In this document: one piece after another, positions 42,317 through 55,723 of the stretch
Layout: each line of letters begins with the position of its first letter
Position numbering within the stretch: the stretch's first letter is position 1
Translations under genes and position numbers: made by a program
DNA from: TPA_inf: Saccharomyces
Taxonomy: Eukaryota
Direction: 5' to 3'
Assembly: GCA_000146045.2 (NCBI GenBank)
Contig: BK006947.3
Coordinates: forward strand, 448,001 to 512,000
Length of the DNA: 64,000 nucleotides
The notes under the pieces: model-generated
Told to the model about the DNA's origin: nothing
The model's input: the letters and a program-made list of their open reading frames with translations, nothing else
Database searches by the model: none

Positions 42317-43240
42317 ATGGTACCCCCCACGGTAGAAGCATCCTTGGAGTCTCCTTACACTAAGTCGTACTTTTCACCTGTCCCAAGCGCGCTCTTGGAA
42401 CAGAATGACTCTCCAATAATAATGGGTATCGATGAAGCTGGCAGAGGGCCCGTATTAGGGCCAATGGTCTACGCAGTAGCCTATTCTACACAGAAATATC
42501 AGGACGAAACTATAATCCCTAACTACGAGTTTGACGACTCTAAAAAACTTACAGATCCCATCAGAAGAATGCTGTTTTCCAAGATATACCAGGACAACGA
42601 AGAACTAACCCAGATCGGCTACGCAACTACGTGCATCACTCCGTTGGATATCTCTAGAGGAATGAGCAAGTTCCCACCGACGAGAAACTATAACTTGAAT
42701 GAGCAGGCGCACGATGTCACAATGGCACTCATTGATGGCGTGATAAAGCAGAACGTGAAGCTCAGTCACGTGTATGTGGATACTGTTGGACCACCAGCGT
42801 CCTATCAGAAGAAACTGGAGCAACGATTTCCTGGTGTCAAGTTTACGGTCGCCAAGAAGGCAGACTCGCTCTACTGCATGGTCAGTGTGGCGAGTGTCGT
42901 TGCAAAAGTGACCAGAGATATACTAGTCGAATCCTTGAAGAGGGATCCCGATGAGATCCTGGGTTCTGGATACCCCTCCGACCCGAAGACAGTCGCATGG
43001 CTGAAGCGCAACCAGACAAGTCTTATGGGCTGGCCCGCCAACATGGTAAGATTCTCATGGCAGACATGCCAGACTCTGTTAGATGACGCCAGTAAGAATA
43101 GTATCCCTATCAAGTGGGAAGAACAATATATGGACAGCAGGAAGAACGCCGCACAAAAAACCAAGCAATTGCAGCTCCAGATGGTCGCTAAGCCTGTTAG
43201 AAGGAAGAGGCTGAGAACCCTAGATAATTGGTACCGGTGA
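42317..43240 (+). CDS. RNH201: RNase H2 catalytic subunit A
   Basis: 307 aa. The [16 protein letters not shown] catalytic DEAGRG motif is diagnostic of RNase HII/H2A. Confidence 0.88.
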
Positions 43241-43522
43241 TCACCTCCAGTTTGCACATACTATATATCTTCATGTAATACTACATATGTCATAACTTCA
43301 ATAACTCATACAAGTCATCTGCTACTATGCTTTGCCGTTTCTACTATCCGTGAAGCGTGACCGGCCCTTCTCACCCCCCGTGTTACGCAAAGAACAACAA
43401 GAGGTCGAGACAACCAACCGGAACGACTAGAAGAGAGGCTGTTACGTTTCCTGTTTGTTCACGCTCAACATCTTCCATTGCTGTAAACTGCATCCAGTAA
43501 AATTAATAGTTATTAGCGTACT

Positions 43523-44971
43523 ATGTCTGCCTTTGTCAGGGTGGTTCCAAGAATATCCAGAAGTTCAGTACTCACCAGATCATTGAGACTGCAATTGAGA
43601 TGCTACGCATCGTACCCAGAGCACACCATTATTGGTATGCCGGCACTGTCTCCTACGATGACGCAAGGTAATCTTGCTGCTTGGACTAAGAAGGAAGGTG
43701 ACCAATTGTCTCCCGGTGAAGTTATTGCCGAAATAGAAACAGACAAGGCTCAAATGGACTTTGAGTTCCAAGAAGATGGTTACTTAGCCAAGATTCTAGT
43801 TCCTGAAGGTACAAAGGACATTCCTGTCAACAAGCCTATTGCCGTCTATGTGGAGGACAAAGCTGATGTGCCAGCTTTTAAGGACTTTAAGCTGGAGGAT
43901 TCAGGTTCTGATTCAAAGACCAGTACGAAGGCTCAGCCTGCCGAACCACAGGCAGAAAAGAAACAAGAAGCGCCAGCTGAAGAGACCAAGACTTCTGCAC
44001 CTGAAGCTAAGAAATCTGACGTTGCTGCTCCTCAAGGTAGGATTTTTGCCTCTCCACTTGCCAAGACTATCGCCTTGGAAAAGGGTATTTCTTTGAAGGA
44101 TGTTCACGGCACTGGACCCCGCGGTAGAATTACCAAGGCTGACATTGAGTCATATCTAGAAAAGTCGTCTAAGCAGTCTTCTCAAACCAGTGGTGCTGCC
44201 GCCGCCACTCCTGCCGCCGCTACCTCAAGCACTACTGCTGGCTCTGCTCCATCGCCTTCTTCTACAGCATCATATGAGGATGTTCCAATTTCAACCATGA
44301 GAAGCATCATTGGAGAACGTTTATTGCAATCTACTCAAGGCATTCCATCATACATCGTTTCCTCCAAGATATCCATCTCCAAACTTTTGAAATTGAGACA
44401 GTCCTTGAACGCTACAGCAAACGACAAGTACAAACTGTCCATTAATGACCTATTAGTAAAAGCCATCACTGTTGCGGCTAAGAGGGTGCCAGATGCCAAT
44501 GCCTACTGGTTACCTAATGAGAACGTTATCCGTAAATTCAAGAATGTCGATGTCTCAGTCGCTGTTGCCACACCAACAGGATTATTGACACCAATTGTCA
44601 AGAATTGTGAGGCCAAGGGCTTGTCGCAAATCTCTAACGAAATCAAGGAACTAGTCAAGCGTGCCAGAATAAACAAATTGGCACCAGAGGAATTCCAAGG
44701 TGGGACCATTTGCATATCCAATATGGGCATGAATAATGCTGTTAACATGTTTACTTCGATTATCAACCCACCACAGTCTACAATCTTGGCCATCGCTACT
44801 GTTGAAAGGGTCGCTGTGGAAGACGCCGCTGCTGAGAACGGATTCTCCTTTGATAACCAGGTTACCATAACAGGGACCTTTGATCATAGAACCATTGATG
44901 GCGCCAAAGGTGCAGAATTCATGAAGGAATTGAAAACTGTTATTGAAAATCCTTTGGAAATGCTATTGTGA
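43523..44971 (+). CDS. LAT1: Dihydrolipoamide acetyltransferase (E2) of mitochondrial pyruvate dehydrogenase
   Basis: Contains a lipoyl domain with the lipoyl-lysine motif (IETDKAQMDFEF), an Ala/Pro-rich linker, an E3-binding domain, and a C-terminal catalytic domain with DHRTIDG (catalytic His). Confidence 0.9.
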   Translation: MSAFVRVVPRISRSSVLTRSLRLQLRCYASYPEHTIIGMPALSPTMTQGNLAAWTKKEGDQLSPGEVIAEIETDKAQMDFEFQEDGYLAKILVPEGTKDIPVNKPIAVYVEDKADVPAFKDFKLEDSGSDSKTSTKAQPAEPQAEKKQEAPAEETKTSAPEAKKSDVAAPQGRIFASPLAKTIALEKGISLKDVHGTGPRGRITKADIESYLEKSSKQSSQTSGAAAATPAAATSSTTAGSAPSPSSTASYEDVPISTMRSIIGERLLQSTQGIPSYIVSSKISISKLLKLRQSLNATANDKYKLSINDLLVKAITVAAKRVPDANAYWLPNENVIRKFKNVDVSVAVATPTGLLTPIVKNCEAKGLSQISNEIKELVKRARINKLAPEEFQGGTICISNMGMNNAVNMFTSIINPPQSTILAIATVERVAVEDAAAENGFSFDNQVTITGTFDHRTIDGAKGAEFMKELKTVIENPLEMLL

Positions 44972-45365
44972 GGTTAGAATGAAAATAAAATTCGCCAGTA
45001 AATGCGTATCTTGGAGAAAATATCAATTTGTTATTTTGTATATATAAAAAATTAAAAAAAAAAAAAAAAAAATACTCAAATACTCAAATACGTATACATT
45101 ATACTGAAATACTTCGCTTGTCTTCGAATCTAAATCCTCTCTCTCTTCTGTCTCAAAATGATATAAATAAATCACGTCAAACGGTGCGTCAACATCTTTG
45201 TTTTTTCACCTCATGTGGAATTGGTTGAAATTAACAAAGGAGTGGGATATAGGATATAACGCATAAAGTTTAGCATACTACTTTCGTATATTATTGTTCG
45301 GTGAAAGAAACTAGTTCCCTCTTATCTCTCAATATTTGCCAAAATTAGCTTTTAACAAATAAACC

Positions 45366-45548
45366 ATGAGTTTCCTACCATCTTTTATCTTAAGCGATGA
45401 ATCTAAAGAACGTATTTCCAAAATTTTAACTTTGACTCATAATGTAGCACATTATGGCTGGATCCCATTTGTTTTGTATTTGGGCTGGGCACACACTTCT
45501 AATAGACCAAACTTTTTGAACTTACTGTCTCCGTTACCAAGTGTTTAA
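45366..45548 (+). CDS. TOM7: TOM complex small subunit Tom7 (60 aa, single TM segment)
   Basis: ATG-initiated 60-aa ORF with one hydrophobic helix (WIPFVLYLGWA) at the expected YNL070W position. Confidence 0.72.
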   Translation: MSFLPSFILSDESKERISKILTLTHNVAHYGWIPFVLYLGWAHTSNRPNFLNLLSPLPSV

Positions 45549-45955
45549 AAACATCAGTTCGATACAACTTGGGTGAGAGAGGAAGCCCATATTTCCAATT
45601 TTGAATTACTTGACCGTTACTGCAAATAATAAAAATTGACATGTACATAAAGTATATATATAATAAAATATAAAATTCATTTTGCATATTGTTATTCTTT
45701 CACGCTTTGTTTTGATATGGTGAAAATTCGAAGTCTCTAGAATGTCCTTTAGGTACCTTTCTTTAAGATGTGGTTCATATTCAAAAAATCTGATCAATTA
45801 GAATTTATACCAGTGTTTTAATATGTTTATTTATCTGTTATTGATATTATTTAAAATGTGAAACAAAATAAATAAAAATAACTAAAAATGTAGGGTGGTT
45901 TGTTGTTTTGCAAAAAATAAAAGATAAGATTGATCACAAATTCATTTCATGAAAT

Positions 45956-47001
<1,046 letters not shown>

Positions 47002-47378
47002 CTTTTATGGTTGGTTGGTTGTTTAATACCTTAACAAAATGCACTTAGTGGAATATCTACATGTGTTATAGTTTTAAGAATCAGTTTTACCAATATCAGA
47101 ATAATTTTCCAGAATTCGAAATTGCAGCGGTCCGCAGTGCGAATGTTTAGCCGGAGGGACCAAGTGTCTGCCTAAGAAGAGATCACCACCCTCCCAAGCT
47201 GATACAAGGATCAAATGGAAAATCACCCACTTGGGGACAGCCCAGGAGACGCTTTAGCGGGCAGTTTCAGGTTCTAGGAGCGTTCTCCGAAGGAAGTCCT
47301 TCTGCCGCTGTTTTTCACCCGTTGGCCGAAGCGTTGAGAAACAGCCAAATTTTCTGATTCATAGGAAATTTTTAAAGG

Positions 47379-47393
47379 AGGTTTGGGTGTGTA
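47379..47393. promoter_or_regulatory. RPL16B: Rap1-like site (aGGTTTGGGTGTgta; 10/12 match to ATGTATGGGTGT) about 380 bp upstream of the RPL16B ATG
   Basis: The conserved TGGGTGT core is present. Ribosomal-protein promoters typically carry Rap1 sites 250-450 bp upstream. Confidence 0.4.
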
Positions 47394-47700
47394 TAGTGTA
47401 CGGATTGAATATGTCAAGGATGCAAACACAGCAGCGAAAATAAAGTTCAGTTGCATAAATTAGAGTGAACATTGCGGGGTGTTCAAAATCATAAAGGTCA
47501 GATGATCAAACGCATGAGGAAGAGTAAAATAGGGAATGCACGGTGATTAAATATTATATATGAAAGACAGTTATATATGTACTTCGTGACATAGATTCGG
47601 ACGACAATAGAATGAAAGGAAAGCAGCTCATATGACTGGCTGCAGCTTAGCCATTTCTCATTCATTTCTTTAGTCTTAGTGATTCACCTTGTTTCTTGTC

Positions 47701-50289
47701 TTAGTTGTTGATAATACTGATCTTTGCACCATCCGTATCTAGTATTAGTTCCTTGGCATTGGCGGTGCTACCACCTTGGTTTTTCAAAGGTGAAGAATTA
47801 ATATCTTTAGTTTCCAGATCATTTGAGTTAGAGTCCGAATCTTTTTCTGAAGTAGCATTCTCGTTTTCTTTGGCTTTAATGTCCGGATTTATGGAAAATC
47901 CTCTCTTGTTGCCTCCGCTATCTGCGGCAGGAGTGTTGTTTGTTGAGCTAAACTGCAATAAATTCCATACACCTGGAGAACTTTTGACATTCTGCGATTT
48001 ACTTGTTGATGGTGTCAGCCGTCTATTATCATTGTTTGATTCCATGCTTTTCAAGACATTAGAATCCAATACTAGACCTGTTTGTTTGTTTTCCATTCCG
48101 CTAGTCTGTAAATTAGAATTATTTGCGCCGTTATTATTAGTATTGTTGCTATTACTATGAAGAGGTGACCTAGCCCTATTAGCGCTTCCTCTTTCTGGTG
48201 TATATGCTTCCATCGCAGTAATATGAAATGCCTTAGTAGGAGATCGTAATAGCGTGTCATATGGTTGAGAAAGGCGTAGACTGTTCGCTGCCAATGAGGA
48301 AGTTGTTGTTCCAGTTTGCGGAACTGAGTTAGAATTACCGGAAGACGTGGTAGTTGTCGGCTCCAAATTACCATTTTCATCAAGTGAAGAAGTAGATATG
48401 GCGGGTAGATTCATTTTGGTACCGCCGTTATTGTTTGTCGATTTGTCGGCGCTATCGCTGATGTTGTTTATTATTTTGGAATTAGCACATGCATTAGTGA
48501 ACGAGACTAGAGCGTTGTTTGGAGATTGCCTATTCATTTGTGATATTGATATTGCAGGCGGATGAAGTGACTCTTTGTATTCTTTCATATTGTTTTGATT
48601 TAAGTTAGCATTTGAATTGGGAGCTTGCAATTGTGGCGTCTTGATAGGTCTTGCTAACGCTATATTTCGATTTTGGGTATCCGCGAAGGTAAATTGAATC
48701 TCTTGACGTTGTTCCTGTGGTGGCGGCTGCTGTGACTGATTTTGATGTGACACAGGGGGCTGTGATTGTTGCGATGCAGGAAGGTTACCTTTGGATGGGA
48801 CATGTTGTACGAACCCTTCTATGATGTTATTGTTGGATGGTTCTAGCACATTGTGAGATTGTAGTTGTCGTTTAGGGGGTTGAGCCATGTTAAGCGATAA
48901 CCTATAGTCCATTTCCATGGGTAAACTGTTGAATTTTGCCATATGTAACTGTAGTTGCCTTGCTACTGAGGATCCCCGCCTGATTTTCCCCACTTTTCCG
49001 GTATTCCACTTGTTTAGAAATTCTTGCTGATAAGATTCGCTAATTCTCCATTTCATACCTTTGCCCGGCTCATTGGGTCTTCTCGGAACCTTTTCAAACG
49101 CCTTATTTAATGATAAATTATGCCTAATGGAGTTTTGCCAACCGGATTTAGCAAACCTGTAGTATGCATAATTGGAAGAAATATACTTGTAGATATCGGC
49201 TAGTGAAATAACTCCCTCCGGCGACGACAGTATGGCCTGTGTTATCATAGTTGCGTATGAATGAGGTGGTTTAACGTTCCTGTTTTCGTCATGGGATAGG
49301 TCCGAAGTAAAATCCAAAGCTTGAGGATAGGCATTTGATGACTTGTATGAATCTACAAAATTTGCAGCGATGATGGTATTTGGAGGACCCTGTGGAGAAG
49401 CCGCTTGTGGATTGATGGTATTGCTTGTTGTTGTAGATGCTGTATAGTTTGGGTTTATGGACGTAAAGTAGCCATTCTTGTTCTTACTATTATTATTGTT
49501 GTTGAAGATGCCTTGTTCGCTAGGGCCCAAGTTCGCTCCGCTACCAAAAGGAGCATTGCCACCACTTCCATAAAGCTTAAACCCTTTGATTTGTTGATTA
49601 GAGGTTAATTGCCTTTGCTTAGCATAATTAGACTGTTTTATAATGTCTCTTAGCAGGGGGTTGTTGTTGCCTTCCAATCCGAACATGTTTATTAAATTAG
49701 GCATCAGGTGTTCTATACAAATAGGAGCAACAACCGGGTCACTGTCGGGCAGGATAAACATCATTTGTGTTCCTCCTATGTCTAGCAGGGTTCCGGAAGA
49801 TAATCGAATGGGAGGATTGTTGGGTCCATTATGAGTCCTTTGAAAGTTTACTTTAGCGCCGTTACGGCCCAATATGTGCAATTCCCAACCGCCGATATTC
49901 ATGTTGTATTTTATTATGGCGTGCTTTCTAGAAACGACTTTGGCAGGTCCGAGATCAATATTCACTCTATATGAGTTTTTTACACCATCTGAATTTTCCT
50001 GTAGTGCACTGTTTAAGGGATCAGTATTTCTACCAATAGAAACTTCCAAATCCTTCACATAATAGGTCCAGTTTGGTCCGGAGAGTTTAGCATAAGCTTG
50101 TATTTCCGTCGCCATGTTCTTGTCGTTGGAATATTGTAATGATACGGTAGTTGGCTGATCTGGGGCTGTCAGTGAAGAGATGATGGCATTTATTACACCT
50201 TGATGATGCTGAGCGGTATATTTTGTGCTGCCATAATTTGTTTGAGTCATATTTAGTTCGTTCATCTCGTTAAAATTGCTGCTGGACAT
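47701..50289 (-). CDS. FKH2: Forkhead transcription factor Fkh2 (FHA domain plus forkhead winged-helix)
   Basis: 862 aa. Contains the forkhead DNA-binding domain (KPPHSYATMITQAILSSPEGVISLADIYKYISSNYAYYR...WQNSIRHNLSLN) and an N-terminal FHA-like region. Confidence 0.9.
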   Translation of the reverse strand: MSSSNFNEMNELNMTQTNYGSTKYTAQHHQGVINAIISSLTAPDQPTTVSLQYSNDKNMATEIQAYAKLSGPNWTYYVKDLEVSIGRNTDPLNSALQENSDGVKNSYRVNIDLGPAKVVSRKHAIIKYNMNIGGWELHILGRNGAKVNFQRTHNGPNNPPIRLSSGTLLDIGGTQMMFILPDSDPVVAPICIEHLMPNLINMFGLEGNNNPLLRDIIKQSNYAKQRQLTSNQQIKGFKLYGSGGNAPFGSGANLGPSEQGIFNNNNNSKNKNGYFTSINPNYTASTTTSNTINPQAASPQGPPNTIIAANFVDSYKSSNAYPQALDFTSDLSHDENRNVKPPHSYATMITQAILSSPEGVISLADIYKYISSNYAYYRFAKSGWQNSIRHNLSLNKAFEKVPRRPNEPGKGMKWRISESYQQEFLNKWNTGKVGKIRRGSSVARQLQLHMAKFNSLPMEMDYRLSLNMAQPPKRQLQSHNVLEPSNNNIIEGFVQHVPSKGNLPASQQSQPPVSHQNQSQQPPPQEQRQEIQFTFADTQNRNIALARPIKTPQLQAPNSNANLNQNNMKEYKESLHPPAISISQMNRQSPNNALVSFTNACANSKIINNISDSADKSTNNNGGTKMNLPAISTSSLDENGNLEPTTTTSSGNSNSVPQTGTTTSSLAANSLRLSQPYDTLLRSPTKAFHITAMEAYTPERGSANRARSPLHSNSNNTNNNGANNSNLQTSGMENKQTGLVLDSNVLKSMESNNDNRRLTPSTSKSQNVKSSPGVWNLLQFSSTNNTPAADSGGNKRGFSINPDIKAKENENATSEKDSDSNSNDLETKDINSSPLKNQGGSTANAKELILDTDGAKISIINN

Positions 50290-51680
50290 TTCTTGCGCAT
50301 TGATAAAGTTTCAATAAAGGAAACGGAGGGAGCACACCAATATTTATGTGTATCGTACTGTTTTTTTTTTTTTTTTCTAGCAATGATCACTTATGCGAGG
50401 GAATCGGGAAGATTGGCTTTGAAGTGTTTTTAGCCTTTTGTTCCTTAGTATGATCTTGATTATTGAGCGGTTCAATTCAGTGGAAAAGGACTGCTCTATA
50501 GTGTTTTAAGTTTTACAGAAATATAGTGATCCTATGAATGTCACTTTTTTGTTTACCTTTAGAAATGCGGAACCATTGGCATTTTTTTTCTTTATTTACT
50601 AATTTACCTAGAAAATCCAAATGGCACAGGGCGAGCGAATTTTTTTTCCCTCTTTTAATGAGCGAAATCGAAGATTTTCGGTAATGTTGTGCGAAGGGTT
50701 CTGGGGCGGGGTCCGGCATAAGTCATCATCAATGCTAAGGGAACGATTATATGGCACAGAAAGAGACAGGAAGAAGAGGCCATCAAAATGTTGCAGCTTA
50801 AGGGATAAGCATAAAGCGTAATCAATAAAAAACAGCCTGTACCCAACAGGCAGCAAATTTTTGAAAGCCTGTTGCAAGATACATATGACACAAATTATTA
50901 AAATATGTTGAATTAATATTCAGTTCTTACAGTTGACATGATCCGACTCAAATGTTAATGTTCTTGAGGTTCTATAGTTTCAAAATAGCTTTTTACTTTC
51001 TGCTATTGGACCCTTTTGGACCAGCCGAAGGAAGTTTTTTTTCTTTATGTTTAGCTCTTTTTTCATCACTTCTAATTCGCAAATAGAAGGGGAAGGAGGA
51101 CAGCAATTATGTAAAAATTAATTAGTATGTCAGTAACAAAAAGAAGAGATAACAGAGGTAGTTCCTCTAGACATTTTTAAGACGACTATTGATGCCAGGC
51201 AAATTTTGGATTTACTGCTCCTCTTTTAAGAAGACAAGTGTGTGATATCGTAGCGGTAGGAACCAATTTTGCAATCGATTTACTTACAGCCAAGAAAATC
51301 TATTTTCATGTTTAGCATTGCCATTTCTTCTGTGTCACACGTTGTGCTTGCCAGGAACTATAGGAGAGACGTATACAAGCATCAATGTTACGAATGTACG
51401 ATCCCGTTTGCATCTGATGTGTAAACTCATGTGGTGCACTGGTGTTGTTTCCAAGACTGCACTATTAACTGGGAATTTTTTTTTTTCTTCTAGTGAATTT
51501 TTTTTTAAAGCGACGCACAGGAAAAGTGAAAATTATTTAAACGGACGGCAAACATGAAAAAAAAAATTACCAACCATATTTCTATTTCCTTTCCCTTTAC
51601 CTATTCTCTTTTTGAAATAGTTCATTTTCTCTCTCTGAAACGACAATAAACCAAACTCTAGCCTCCAATAGTCACTAAAG

Positions 51681-52256
51681 ATGAAGTACATTCAAACCGA
51701 ACAACAAATTGAAATCCCAGAAGGTGTTACTGTCAGCATTAAGTCCAGAATCGTCAAGGTTGTCGGTCCAAGAGGTACTTTGACCAAGAACTTGAAGCAT
51801 ATTGATGTTACCTTCACCAAGGTCAACAACCAATTGATCAAGGTTGCTGTTCACAACGGTGACAGAAAGCACGTTGCCGCTTTGAGAACCGTTAAATCTT
51901 TGGTTGACAACATGATCACTGGTGTCACCAAGGGTTACAAGTACAAGATGAGATACGTCTACGCGCATTTCCCAATCAACGTCAACATTGTTGAAAAGGA
52001 TGGTGCTAAATTCATTGAAGTCAGAAACTTTTTGGGTGACAAGAAGATCAGAAACGTCCCAGTTAGAGATGGTGTTACTATCGAATTCTCTACTAACGTA
52101 AAGGACGAAATCGTCTTATCTGGTAACTCTGTTGAAGACGTTTCCCAAAATGCCGCTGACTTGCAACAAATCTGTCGTGTTAGAAACAAGGATATCCGTA
52201 AGTTTTTGGATGGTATCTACGTTTCCCACAAGGGTTTCATTGTCGAAGACATGTAA
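51681..52256 (+). CDS. RPL9B: Ribosomal protein L9B (uL6)
   Basis: 191 aa. MKYIQTEQQIEIPEGVTVSIKSRIVKVVGPRGTL... is a canonical uL6 sequence. Confidence 0.9.
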   Translation: MKYIQTEQQIEIPEGVTVSIKSRIVKVVGPRGTLTKNLKHIDVTFTKVNNQLIKVAVHNGDRKHVAALRTVKSLVDNMITGVTKGYKYKMRYVYAHFPINVNIVEKDGAKFIEVRNFLGDKKIRNVPVRDGVTIEFSTNVKDEIVLSGNSVEDVSQNAADLQQICRVRNKDIRKFLDGIYVSHKGFIVEDM

Positions 52257-52653
52257 ATGGAACAAAAAAGTGTCTTTGCGCTTAGAGGCGCTTAAATATG
52301 TACATTATTCCTACTTTTTTATTTAGTATTATGTAAAGACTGAGGTTCTTTGTCATTGGATGTGCCTCACTTCCAATGATGAATTGACAGGCTCTCTAGG
52401 GAATGCTGTCAAGGGGAAACGTTGCTAGTGCTCATTGAAATAAAGAGCCACTTTACGTTTTCTCAAATTGCTTTTGTTTTTTCTTCTATTGATGCTAATT
52501 GCATATTTTTTGGTAAAGGAAAGAAACACTAAAAAATAAATATTCTCTAATACGTTACAAATGATTTTCTTTTTTCTTGAGTCTTGCAATCATACCCGTA
52601 GCTTTCTCTTGTTCTTCGGCTATTGCTTTAAATCAAAATGATATCTGGGTGTA

Positions 52654-52710
52654 CCAGCAAGTTTCGAAATGAAAACATAAAAATATGGTTACCCGACATA
52701 TATGCTGGTT
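52654..52710. promoter_or_regulatory. SUN4: Two Ace2/Swi5-type ACCAGC sites (ACCAGC at about 52654-59; GCTGGT at about 52705-10), flanking a Reb1-like TTACCCGA (about 52690-97), roughly 800-860 bp upstream of SUN4
   Basis: Direct motif reads. SUN4 belongs to the M/G1 daughter-specific (Ace2) class. Confidence 0.4.
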
Positions 52711-53505
52711 TAATACTGGTTAAACTGAACAGAAGCATCTCTTTTCTCTATTAGGACGTAAACGACAACGTTTTTTTTTATAGGAAAAGTAAACAAAGCG
52801 CAGTGGAAGGCAGCGAAAGGAACCTGCACAGCGCGAAGTTTATAAACAATGACTTTTCCAGATCTCGGATTTTTTTCTCGCACGTTCCCTTCAGCATGAA
52901 TCTTATTTAAACACTTACTTTCGAGAAAAATAACAGTAGTTTCCCCAAAAAAAATAGTACTATCACACGTATTTTAAATATAATCGCCGTATTATTCACT
53001 ATATTCAATTTCAACTTTATAGCAAGAAAAGGAAAGATCGATTCGTTCTTTTACCATTATCCAACTACTCTACACTCCTTTTTCGCCGAAGAAAAGAACT
53101 CTTCCAACTAATTTTCACTCCTTTAAGCATTTTTTTTTTTTACTTTTTTACAAGTCGTATGTTTAATTTAATGATAAGACCTTTCATGTTACTATATTTT
53201 GAGTTTGCAAATTATTCCACTGATTACGAAATTGCTGTGCTTTTTTCGCTTCGGTGCATCGTCATTTTTCGAGAATAAAGCAAATTTTTACATGCCCGTT
53301 ATTTTTCCGTGCACAACTTCTTTTTGGCTTTTTTGGCCGTCGGATTTACGGCGCGAAAATAAGTTTCTGACTTCTCGAGATATAGCCATTGTAGAAACTA
53401 AAACAATATTGATTGATTCAATTAGCACTAATCTTAGAAAATTTGCAATCCTACTCTTTTCGCAATGATTTTATTTACTAACCCATCCCAAATTTATTTT
53501 AGTAA

Positions 53506-54777
<1,272 letters not shown>

Positions 54778-55723
54778 ACTTAGGCGCATCAACAGTTGAG
54801 TAAGTTGATTGTATTATTACCCCATTCTTTTCTGCCCGTCCATTTTATTGTCTGTTTAACATACACTAAAACCCACGCCGGATTAATATCAATTTTTTTT
54901 TACTTTGTTTCTATTTATCATTCTTCCAGACATAAATTATTTTGTAATATTAAAGACATTTGAAAACCTACATACATCGCACACCTCTTCTTTCATTGTC
55001 CTAAAAACCACCCAAAAAAAAAAAAAAGACATCAAATCTCTTTTTTTTTTTTTTGTAGTTCTGTTGCCGTATGCTATCTACTCCTAAGGCTTTTTTCTAC
55101 TACGGCAATCTATTCACAATGTGCAATTAGGCTAAATGCTAAAAAAAGAAAAAAAAATCCGGAGCCCCTCGATGACTCCTGTTTCCGTTTTATACTGTCC
55201 AGCGCAGACCGCACTTCCTACGTATACTTCTTACGGGGAAGGGAGCATACACGAAAACAAAAGGACCCGTAATGACTCGGAAACTCCATAGATCGGTAAA
55301 TACCGGCTCGTTACCCGTCCTCCATCGGAAAATCTCTCACCGATTTGTTCCGGTATCGGATAATTTATGAATCACCCGGCTTGATGGAACCGTTTTTGTT
55401 CCGTGAAATGCCCGGCCTGCATTGTTTTCTTCAGACGAGAAGCCGTTCCAACGTTTCTTTTTCTCGTCACCGGGAAGTTGCGGGCACCTTAGGGCAAGGA
55501 AAAAGAAACTTCTCTGCCCTCATCGAGGATACAGTTGATCATACTCAATATTATATAACGCTTAACACTGTCAAGGTTATACACTTTTTACTAACTTTTT
55601 ATTGCTAATATTGTCGTTCTATATAAAATTATGGATTTTTCCAGGCTTACAAAGTTAGCATTTATACGGAGATAAATTTATTTTTTTGAGAATCCAAGCT
55701 AGATTCAGAAAGTCGAATCAGCA

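Noticed and set aside
50513-50891. Cluster of small overlapping ORFs (66-89 aa, both strands) in the FKH2 upstream region
   Set aside because: They are short, mutually overlapping and in promoter DNA, probably corresponding to dubious YNL067W-A/B-type annotations. There is no coding signature.
51380-51440. Possible Rap1 sites in the RPL9B promoter (aatgtacgatccc; atgtgtaaactcatgtggtg)
   Set aside because: The matches to ACAYCCRTACATY are poor (the CCC core is misplaced). I could not support a confident call by eye.
53199-53468. 89-aa ORF just upstream of SUN4
   Set aside because: It lies in the SUN4 promoter or 5' leader, is AT-rich, and probably has a non-ATG start. Most likely it is a uORF-like chance frame.
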